From Tubulanus polymorphus (Eukaryota > Animalia > Nemertea): 64,000 nucleotides of DNA. A program made the position numbers and the translations under genes. The notes below the pieces were generated by a model. It did not search any database, had not been told where the DNA came from, and saw only the letters and a list, made by a program, of their open reading frames with translations. This document shows positions 12,201 to 24,200 of this stretch, in pieces; positions within the stretch are counted from its first letter, which is position 1; every line of letters begins with the position of its first letter. The DNA is taken from positions 8,246,001 through 8,310,000 of the forward strand of contig NC_134031.1 of assembly GCF_964204645.1 (NCBI RefSeq), read 5' to 3'.

Positions 12201-15200
12201 GTACATTCAATCTGGCTTCACAAACGGTAAATAACATACCACCAAAAAAGCTTTTTATGGGTATTTCCCTAAAATTTTTCCCTGTCTAAGATATCCGCTG
12301 CTTGAATAACAAACAGACAAATAACTAATAAAGGAATTTTAGTTTCCATATAAAATTCAGCTTCGCTGATTATTACAAATCAGGTACTTACAAGAAGCAG
12401 CAGTGGCAACATTAGGAGATCGAGCAATCTTCCTTGATTCTAAATTCAATCGATTCTGTAAAGATGCACCTGCCTCTCGTAGTGCCTGGATCCGCCTCCC
12501 CTTCTCAGTTTGATATGCAACCGAACCTGAAGTGTAGATCGAATATTCAGTGAATTGTTTAGCTTCAGTGCTCAACTAAAAACACTATCGCAAAAGCTTG
12601 CTTCATACCTGATGGAATGTGATTATCAAATTGCTGAGAAACTGTACCACTTTGAGCAGCTTTAACTTCTTGTTTGGCCTCAGGATAAGCCTCAACAAAA
12701 TCTGAAATGGTTATATGTTTAGTACTAGAAGCAACAAGGGCATGGTGTGCATTGTATTAAGTTTGTGTGACTTACTTGAACTGATTGGCGTGCTACATCG
12801 CTCTGCCATCTCACTTGGTTGTGGGGGTGACTTCAGTTCTGCTATAGTCATTTCATGATCAACACTATCATTCGGACTATAAGAATTATCAATATCAATA
12901 AACCAGGGCTAAACCAATCTAATTAAAATCTATCTATAATTTTTCCTATTCTGTGAATGATTAATAAAATTTGCCCAATATATAAGAACCCTAAAGATCA
13001 ATCTGAATCTGTTGAGGGTCATGATTGGCCTAATACTTGTGGGAGGCTGAAATTCAAGTCGAAAGTGAATTGAAAATTAGCTAGATTTTGATCAAGTTGT
13101 CCTATCATTGACCACACCATCTAGCAGTGCAGGATGCCCTTAATGAATAGAAATTAGAATGTTGCTGAAGACGACTTATGCCCCACATTGGGTGAAACAC
13201 AAGTTTCGAAGATACCCTGAGCATATGTCAACCCGTTTATAGAGTCAGAAAATGAAAAATACAAAATGGCTTCCTGTGACCTTGATGTTTATCCTATAGA
13301 AACCAAAATCTTATCAGCTACCATCAGTCCCCAGAAAAACCCATCTCTAAAATTTCATCTAGTTATCTCAAACCATTTGTGAGTTACAGCCAGGAAATGA
13401 AAATGGCTTCCTGTGACATAGACCTACAGGATGTTAAAATGTTCTCTAGGACAACACATCCATCCAATTACACCAAGTTATCTTTAACAACCATTTGAGT
13501 TAAAGCCCAGAAATGAAAAGAAATGGCTATGAATGGAAAAAAAAACCTTGGACCCACAGGACCCAAAAGCTTATCAGTAAAACTTAACCTGATCAAATAC
13601 AACCCAATTACTGAATTTAGCAAAATTCAGTCAGAGGGTTTAGGTGCTAAAGCAATGAAATAACTGCTAACAGACAACGGACAGCGAAGTAAAATCACTC
13701 TGCCCCACAATGACAATTCCTGCTGGGGAGGATGTAGTTTATCAACCATGAAAATGCAAGAGGGAACAAGCGGACTTAAAGTCTGAAGATTGGACGAAAA
13801 CCCAAATGACATACCGAATTGCTATATTTTTTTCATCCGCTCTTGGAGTTAATTCCTCATCACTCGCTCCAGTTAATGTATCACTGCCATCATTTTCTTC
13901 CATATCATCCTTGTTTTCCATTGAAGAAGGTTTTACTGGCGTTATGTTAAAAGTCTCGTCAAACACTTGTTTTTCCTCTGCCAGGTGGTGCCCTGTTGCA
14001 CGTTGTACGGGTGTCACTCGAGCGGTAGCTCTTTGGCGGGTGAATAACTCTTGTAATTGTTTACGGCGATGTTCAGCAGCTTCAATTTCAGCCTTCTTAT
14101 GCTCATGGTCTTCCAGACGTCTTTTTGCTTGTTGTTTCTTTATATACTTACGCACGCTGTCTGAATCATAATGTCGCACTTTTGGGGCAGGTTCCTTCTT
14201 TTCTATGACTGCAAAGAAGAATGTTAACATTTTTAGCTAAAAGTTTAAATTTCAAAGAATGAAACTAGGTGTTCAGGGACACTATGCCAAATTTGTTGTC
14301 AAATCTGCTCTGAGTAGTACCAAAAATTCATAAAGACTAATAAATAGTCTTTATGAATTTTTGGTAGTACTGGTAATCGCGCCTGCTCCTATTCATTAAT
14401 GAAAGATCCACGCATTTCCTGCAGTTGCACTAAGGTGATGACATGATGCTGAATGATTCTAGAAATAATTTCAGCCACAGAAGTGCAACAGTACAGAACT
14501 GAACAAATACAAAAACCAATGAATTCGAAACTCATCCCCTAAAAAAAAACATGGCATTAGCTACAAATTTGTGATTGAATTCGGTAACATAGTATGCATA
14601 TGCACCAATAGAAATGGAAATACTATACAGATGCATGTAGATGTGTAAAACAAAATCAGGGCAATACATCAAAGCATGATTAAAACTTCCCAACGACTTG
14701 AGATTCTGTATATGAGCAGAAAATAAAGGTCCAATGGCCCTGTGGCTCACCATCAAATCATTGAGTGTATATTGTCAAAAATCTAACTATAAATTGATTT
14801 GGATTGCAATCGAATGTAGAAAAGATTAGTGAATTAAAACCATCAACTGACGATATGCTGAAAAAACTCTTCAAACAACAATCTTTTATTCATCATCTAA
14901 TCGCTTCATTAGTGCCCTTATTACACGATTAATACATACAAGATATTATTACTCGCAATTTCTAGATTTTATTATCCTTGAATTGAATTAAAATACGCGC
15001 GCACGTCTCCTTGTCTCATCTGTGTTTGTTTTTTTAATAGCACGTGTGTGATAACCGTACTATACTGTACGTTCCATAGTAAAATAGCGATATATAAGGG
15101 TCTATGGGTGTAGACAAGCTCCCACCTCTAAATCAGTGTTGAAAAAACTGACTTTTGATGAATAGCTGAGAGTATTCCACTGCCCGCTATTGTCTACAGA

Positions 15201-18200
15201 CTATTTAGTCCATTATTAATTTATCACCGCACACAATTCTACCTAAGAACGTACTAAAATTGATGAGAGTAGAGCAGTAACACGGTTCACAACTAGGGGT
15301 CCAGGGACACCACGCCCACTTGGAAAGTGGTTTCAAATACTCAATCTAACAATTCTAATATTCAACGCCCCCTGGTGACCATATACAAAAACCAATGACC
15401 TCGAAACTGACCACAATCATAGACCTTGTCATGAGCTACAACTTTGCAATCGATTGTGGTAACAAAATATGCATAGGTACGAATATGATACCGAAATACT
15501 AAGTTATTGTATTAATCAATGCCCCCTGGTGGCCATATTAAAAAACCAATGACCTTGAAACTCACCACAATCATAGACCATGTCATGAGCTACAACTTTG
15601 CTATCGATTGTGGTATCAAAATATGCTTAGGTATCAATATAATGTGGAAAAACCTTTTTCCACCTACGAATGAGTACTGATGATACCAAGAGGCCGCCAA
15701 TTGCCTGATAATTGGCTGATCAAAAATACCTGTCTCAGGAATTGAAGATCCCTTTGCATAGAATAGCCACCACAAATTTCAATGTAAAATGGAAAACCAG
15801 CCACAGGAACCTACAGGACTCAGAATTCAGGCCAAAATTGACATTTTTGGGCACAAAAAAGGTCACAGGACGTCCAAATGACCCAATTTTTCTTACGCTG
15901 ATGGGCCCTTGGGGGATATAAATACCTAAGAAAGATCAAGATAATTGATCAAAGCGTCTTCAAAATTTCCCTTGAAAACTTGAAATATGTGTAAAAAGTG
16001 CTGATTTTGGCGAGCAACAATGGCTGCCAATTGGCCATCTTGAATCTGACAGGGCCAGTTTTTGGGCTGAAGATGTGTCTAGGGTAGATACATGTGTAAC
16101 CCAAATATAAAGACATGACATTGAAGCGTCTTCAAAACTTCCCAAAAATAACTGGATTCCGTCTACGGACGAACAGACAGACGGACGAAAAGGGAACGCA
16201 ATAGCCCGCTTAGTGGGCTAAAAAGCCGACGCGACGGCTGCAGTTAAACTTGACAGGTTAGCAGGTCTTTAAGGCATTGACAAGACAAATCTAAGCCAAA
16301 ACTCCATTGGTGTTGTCATACTTGCTAGTTTGGATACTGAATTGAATAGCCTACTCGTTATATTCGTAAAACCGAACAAATTATAAGCGAACATAAGATA
16401 CCTAGATCTGCACACAACAGCAGTAATTCTATATCCTATAAATCTATATCTATATTCAATAATATACAAATGTATTTCTAAGTAAAGTATGTAGGTGGTG
16501 TAAAACCCAATCAAAAAGAATTTTATTCGGGGGGCAATTGTCCGGGGAGCAATTGTCCTAGAATCTGTAAACCCAATCAGCATGAAATTTTTTTCGGCTC
16601 GAGAACTCATTAAGCCAAACTATGACACCAAAAATCAACACTATTGGTTCAATAGCCAATGTTTGTGCCTCGTTGACACACCGGTACTCTATTCATTTTC
16701 AATGAAAACTGCTTCATCAGACCGTTTGCAAAGGCAAACCTACGGTTCGCCAAAAATGAGCGTAATTACCAGCTTGGGCTGCAGCTTTAGCCGGCTTAAT
16801 ATTGATTACACCAAAAATTCATTCAGGAGATTTGCATTAGGTTCTTACCTGGTTGGATAGGGTGTTTACGCTTTGTAAGTTTGTTTCTTGGTTTAGGTTT
16901 AGGCTTATCACTTGGTTGCACTTTTTCATGTTCCTCATCATCCTGCTCCTGCTCCTCTTCCTCATCATCATCTTCGTCACCTACAAATAAGTATGAACAT
17001 TGTTGTACTTAATTTTCATGAACCTTAAAACATACTTGCAGATACGTTTACAGCAGTCCAAAAACATAAGTCACCTTTCTCTAACTCAGCCATAATATCC
17101 TTTGCCATGTGTGACGAACCAGCCATTGTTGACAGATGACCACTAGATTGCTTAGTAATTTTCAATTTTTCCTTAGGTCTGACCGGATCTTGTTCTGGCT
17201 TCGCTGGTCCAAGTTCTTTCATTACAAGTTTCTGACCTTCCCTCCAGGCGGAAGTAGAAATATAATCTGCAAAGCAATGAGTTCATGCGGTGCTAAAACC
17301 TTATAACATAATCAAACCCCCTGTTTAGCTCCCGGCAGGTGTGATGGGTTCATAAGGGACACCAAATCAAAAACAAATCAAACAAAATCTACCCGTCGAA
17401 TAAATAACAGGGTCAATCCATACTATTTATAAAAAGAAACCTTATAGCATCTGCTTTAAGGGTAAAGACAGACTAGAAAACATGTGATTAATTACCTTTG
17501 CGTTGATACTTGGTAGGTTTTTTGGAAGCAATTACACGAGCATTCTTAGGTTTCGATTGCTCAACATCAATTTCAGTTTTCTTTAACTTTGACGGAGCTA
17601 CAAATAGTGATCACATATAACACTTAAAAGTTTCTAGGTCTAGCCTTTTTAAAATGAGACCAAATAGATGTTTCAATATTCAAAATAATCCCAGTATGTA
17701 CCTTTTTTGGTTTTCTTTGTTGTCTCTTCAGCAGATGGATGTTTTGGTTTGTTAACTTTACGGGAATGTTTATCAGTGATCTTTCCATGAGTTCCACGGT
17801 ACCGAGTTTCCACTCCGCTGAAACCTGAAATTGTATTAAATGGTTTGGGATACATTCAATTTCTTTTGAGGAGATTAGACTAAATATGATTAGACTAAAC
17901 ATTGAATAGGGTTTTCTTCAATGGATGAGCCTTGGTTCAGTGAATCTACAACATTGAAATGCGTAATCGGATACTTTCCACTATTTCTCATAATCATTCA
18001 GGGTTAGAATTCTGAAAATATTACCTTTGTAAGTTGGTGCAGGAGGACCCGATGCCAGTTTACGCGTCATCTGCAGTGGAAATGCAGTTGAAGAACTTTC
18101 CCATTTCAATCGTGGTTGAAATAATACTGGGTCATTTTCATCGTGGTACTCTTTTGGCGGAAACAACTGCAGATGGTGGTGCTGTTCCTCATTATCAAAG

Positions 18201-21200
18201 ACTGAAAATCAAAATGACCAGTGAGAAGGGTTAATTGATTGGAAACAATTGTTATTAGAAGTTCCTTACAGAAAATTGATTGAATTGTTATGATCTAGTC
18301 AACAAGTCATTAGACAAGTCATCTTCAAGTCATTAGGAATATTAAGTATCTTATGTTCCTATCACATTGTTTTAGTGTATTAGTGCATCTGGCAAAATTA
18401 ATTTTGCTCAAGGATTAGTTATTTGTAGACAATAGTGTATGCATTTTGTAATCCCATCTTTTTAAAATGAACACTATATCACGACTAAGATTTATCAGAT
18501 GCATGATAACCCACAAGAAAAGCTCTGATAGCATCTTAAAGCAAATATCCATTAATGTTGACTGTTTGACTGTTGAAGCAGAAGTTAACAATTAAGTATA
18601 GAATATGGGCACATACCTCTAGGTGATGTACTCTTAGATCTCTGCTTTTCAGCAAAATCATTAATCCTAGTGAGAGAATCTAAGAAAAAAAGGTACAGAT
18701 AAAGTAGAAATAAAGTAAAGGATGTTCAGAGGATGGTTAGAGAATTTTTGATTCAAATATTTGCTTGCAGTTCAGAGGATGGTTAGAGAATTTTTGATTC
18801 AAATATTTGCTTGCAGAGGTGGTTATAGTCTACACATTTAATATCATCTTTGATTTAAATGATTTAGATGTAAACCAAAAATAAATTTTTTCTAAATGGG
18901 AGGGATAAACATTGTGTGCGAAGATATCACTAAAAAAATTTCAACAATGTCTTTTAGATTTTGGCATTTCGAAATAACAATTACAAATGCGAATTTTGGC
19001 GTTTATTTTGTATGCCTAATTAAATTTATTTCATAATTCTTATCTTATTTTTGATCAATTCTAATAATCATTTTTGAAAGGATTTGCACTACGTCATCAA
19101 TATATTGGGTGGGAGAATTGTTGCCTGTCAAATCAATTAAATTATCGATACATTCAAACTAAAATAACTTTATTGATCCTTGAAATCATATAATTTATAT
19201 CAAATTACTCATTGTCAAAAATATATAGCAATATATTTGTTTTTTTTCAAAGCGTCAACAATGTAAGTTTTCTTGTCTACTATGCCAAAGGCCGAGGGTA
19301 TCAGATGACCTAGAAATCGCTGTATTTAATGCCTGGGCATTCTCTGTTATCTATCTAATTCAAATGTAGCAACCACCCAAAAAAATATTTACAATTTTTG
19401 AATAGTCTTTAGATTCGTTCATACATTGGGCGATCTTTACTCATCAAGTCTTATCATGGATATTGTGATTCTCAACTGATTCAACAGGTTTTCATGCAGT
19501 TTGCAGTTCTCTATACACACCCATGAAGCATGCATGATATTGTACATTTTAATCCAAGGAATTTCCTGATATCTTACTCACTAGAAAGCAATTGTGCTAT
19601 AAAATTATATCATTCAATGCATTTTATACAAGAACTCAATAAGTTATAGAAAGTGTACTCGTCTGCAATAATGGGTCACACAGTGGGTGTAATACTAGTT
19701 ACCTAATATGATAATCTTACACACGTAGAAATATCATAATATATGATTCTTGCCTTTTACTACTAATTAGGTTTACCATCTTAAGATTGTTTATTAACTA
19801 GGGATCCAGGGACATATCCACTTGGGAAGTTGCTTGAACTGCTCAACAATATGTCAATTTCAATATTCGATGCCCCTTGGTGAACAAAGAGTGAAATCAA
19901 TGATGTTGATACTTACTTCAAACATAGAACATGTCATGCGCTACAACTGCAATGGACTATGGAAAAAAAAATGCCTAAGTAGCAATATAATATGGAAATA
20001 TTAAGTTATTCTGGTACCCCCTGGTGACCATATACAAAAAACAATGACCTTGAAACTCACCACACTTATAGAACATGGCAAGAGCTACAACTTTGCAATT
20101 GACTGTGGTTGATCTGTAAAAAGTGCGGGCTAATTCTTGATTTTAATTGGGCCAGTTTTTGGGCTGAAGATTTGTCTAGGGTAGATATAAGAGTCCCAAA
20201 TGGCCTAAAAAAAAGCTGCCAACATAATATCAGTAACTACCAACCAAAGTTAAATCTATTCTTACTATTTGATAGGTTTTATTTTGCAATTAATCATCAA
20301 TCACTTACAGTTCGGTGACGTGAGTGACTAATGGATACAAGGTACGTACATACACTATACATACCAGAATCTCTTCCAAGATCTTTCATGCTATGGGTCA
20401 ATCTTCGACCAGGTTGAAGAAGCTTGTCCGCATCGATATGCTGAAAACCAGCCAAACTGTTGGATGTGTAAAAATCTCTATGTGGATATGATGAATAATC
20501 ACTACTAGGCTTCACTGGTAAACCATCATTTAGATAAGTTATTTGCATATCACGTGTGACAGAATATTCTGTTTTATTCCCGGTGTTATCAGAAAGTCCT
20601 GTCACCACATCCGAATGTAAACTAGTATCATCAGAGATTGGGTTGCCATGAAATAACGAATCGCTATAATTCCTGGAATATGCTGACGATTTCAGAGATA
20701 GCTTTGCACCAGTAGCTGTTGCACTTTCATTATCATTGGTGTCATCTTCATCATTATCATTGCCCTCTTCAAATGTGACATGCTTTGCGGGTGAGAAAGA
20801 ACGACGTGAATTCAGTGCTGACAGTGGATTACGAGCACGGTGATTCGGCACCAAGTCTTCAGAGTATTTATCATCTGTATAAGAAATTTTGAACAAATTC
20901 AATGCAACCGTAGTTCATTACAGTGAGATTGTAGAGTACGCAATACTTCAAATTCATTAATTCACCCAAGTTCAACCCCTCGTCATTGTTTCGGATTGGT
21001 ACCGGAATTAACCACCTGGGGCCAGTTTTATGGACTGGTTTTCAAACAATATCAGAAGGATTATAGAAATTCTTTGTTAACCGCATCCTCCCTGCGTTGA
21101 ATTTAGACCAGTCTATGTAACTGCCCTCTGAAATATTGCTAAAGCTTCGACCCCGGTGAATCTCATTAGAGAATCATTCATTCACATAATTTGGAACAAA

Positions 21201-24200
21201 GATAGATTTATTGAATTCATTTGCCAATCAAATGATCACAAGAATCAATTTCAGTGAGTATTTTTTCCAGTTCATTGTGCAGGACAGGAAGAATTGATCA
21301 TTTTGCAATGATTTCAAACATGCTTGATTCATGGGAATACATGGGAATTTGACATGGCAAGTTAAGTGTGCCTGTCTATCAGTTGTACTCACCTAACCTA
21401 CTGACTTTTCGACGTACATCCGGTTGTACCTAACAATCAAATTAAACACAATCGATATTAAACAATTCAAAATGACAAGTAGGCAATTTTTCATCCACTA
21501 AGGAATACCATACTCTCCCGATCAAACGCACATCTGTATTTTCCTTGGGGGGTGGGTGTTTACTCAAAATTTATTCATGTAAACGCACCCTCGGAACTCG
21601 GGTAAACACCCAATCTATTTCAATGTTAAAAACAGTTTAATTTATCGGGTTGGCTGATATGTACACCATGTGGAGCTCACGATGTGTGTTGTAACCAGAA
21701 TTCAATTCAATCGGGCTCGAGTCCCACCCTATTCGATTTTAAAATGTTATTATTTAAATTAGGACTCAAACCACGCACTGTATGTGCACACTTGCAGATT
21801 TGGTAACGACATGTATCCATTCTCCACATCTGTCAAAATGAATGAAGAAAAGCAATGAGAAATTGAATTTCTTTTGTCATATTATATCACTTTAAATCAG
21901 GGGTGGGCAGTGTTTGAGGCGTTTGGATTGAGAGTTCTTTCATTTCTTTTAAAAAGTCCGATCGGTGCGTTTGACCGGGAGAATACGGTAGATGATTTTC
22001 TGCATTTTGTGGCCAGGGCTACAAGATTACCATTTGAGTTACTCAGTCAGCTCATCATTACAAGTGTCTAGTGAAGGGCTGCATAACGTAACTGAAACCA
22101 CTACTTTACCTGTACAGTTAAGGAACTAGAGCAATGTTCTTTCTAAAGCGTTGTACCCACATCAGACCCTAAATGTCTTCTAACCCACTATTTTTGCTTA
22201 GTCAAAATCTTCTTAAGTTTTATGAAAAGTGGTTGAACAGAAATTCCTGTGAGTTAATTTAAGGGGCTTTCATTTTATTTAAGAAGCACCTCGCACAAGC
22301 CTCAAGAAAATCAGTCCATTACAACAAGCTAAGGATAAATTGATAAAATGCATCAGCAGCATTTAAATATGATCCACAAAATGAAATACCAAACATTAGT
22401 ACCAGCAATATAAATGCTCTAATTTTTTATATTCCCATAGCCTCCCTTTTCTCGTTCCACTTGCTGAATTGCAATGGCATTCTTTGATTCAAATCCTGAA
22501 ATCTAAGGATCTTTCATCGTGTTATGTTGGACAGACTGAAGAAAGGCAAATAGTTTCTATTGATTGGCAGTTTGAATCGGCAGTTTCAGTATTGGTTTAG
22601 TAATTGCGATGACTTTTAAAAATTGAAAGATATATACATTTTGTATAGTACATGGGAAATAGAACTCATTTAATTCAGATGACGAGGGACTACCCAGATT
22701 TGAAAACTCCGATTGAAAAACAAGGGACGAATAACAATACATTCTTAGCCTGACTGGCAAAAAAACTTAATAAATTCTAACAATACCTCAGTAAATCCTG
22801 GCGCACACGCAGAAGATGGTAGATCCGATATATCAGGTTCATCATCAACATAGCTGTCTAAACGGTGTTCAATTCGCCTTAACTGTGAAAAATAAATGTA
22901 ATCAATGAATAAAAGGCTGAAAAAGATACCTTGTTTCTCATGCCGGCTAGGTCATTAAAATCAGTGAAAAAATAAGGTCAAATCAATAAGCAAAGAAAAT
23001 AAAATCTGGACCATGACATTTCCTCTCTTTTATCAAAAAATAACATACAGCAAGGCGCATGTAAAATATATTTAAAATATATTTATTAATGTTGTATGTA
23101 TCTTATAACGGATATTTCAATGTAGCTGTTCTATTTTGATGTATGTAGCTGGTCTAACTGCAAGTTCTGACAACAACTTTTTACAATAAGCATATAGCGG
23201 TATCTTAAAAATTATTTGTTGAGATGTTTGAAATTTCTTCAACTCTCTACGTGCTGTTTTGAAATGAAGCACTTCTATCCCCATGTAAAGCTAAGCTCAG
23301 GTCGACTTGCGACCTGATGATGTCGTCATAAGAACAGTGGTAATGCGCATGTGACCGCTGGTTGCCAATTCATGTTGCAACGACATAAGAGCACTCGGAT
23401 CCACTACGACTCGATCATTGTAGAGTCTTAAGGTCATGTAACGCATGACTCGTCACTGATTGGCTATGACGATTTCATCGGGTCAAAGAAATAGAACTTA
23501 TTCTATCCTCACAATTCGGCCTACGATTGGTCTGCGATCAATTCGTCACGGTCGTCAGCACACTCATGTCGAAAAGGTTCCTGGCGAAAAAATCGCAGAT
23601 CTTTCCGAGATGATCAGGTCATAGGTCGACCTGAGCTTAGCCTAAATCATCAAAAATGAATAACCCCATTGTCTAAATAAATTCATACTCACAGCAGATT
23701 TAGCCTTCCCCATCGAGTCCCAGGCATCGGCCAAATCTGAAAAATAGTAGGCCTACCTATAACATACTCATACAGAAAATGGATATACAAAAAAATTATA
23801 TTGACAGTTCTATCTCGAATTACATAGAATAACTAATGTTAACCTTTAGCATATTCATAATAGGCGAAATGGGAAGGGTACTTCAAATATTTGATTTCCA
23901 CACACAAATGATGTTTTCTAAATAATAATTCAAGGAGAGTTTCCTATTTTTGAAAATAAGTGCCATGGCATTTTATGGTATTGTACATATCATTTCTCTA
24001 TGCACACCGTATCTTCACAATACTAGGTAAATTGTTTTACACTAGAAATATGGCTATGCCATAAAGAGCATAGTTAACTCTTAGGTCCACCCCGAGCAGC
24101 AATCAACAAAAAAATCGAAAAACCAATTTTTTTAAACCTCCATAAACAACAAACTTTTCATACAATCTTCTCATGTTATATACCACTATAAGACCAGTGC

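Noticed and set aside
12877-12908. Upstream AG acceptor for CEP350 exon 13
   Set aside because: It would frameshift after the phase-2 donor at 13815; the acceptor at 12876 keeps the frame.
13806-14171. Plus-strand ORFs overlapping CEP350 exons (also 8337-8591)
   Set aside because: Antisense shadows of real coding exons.
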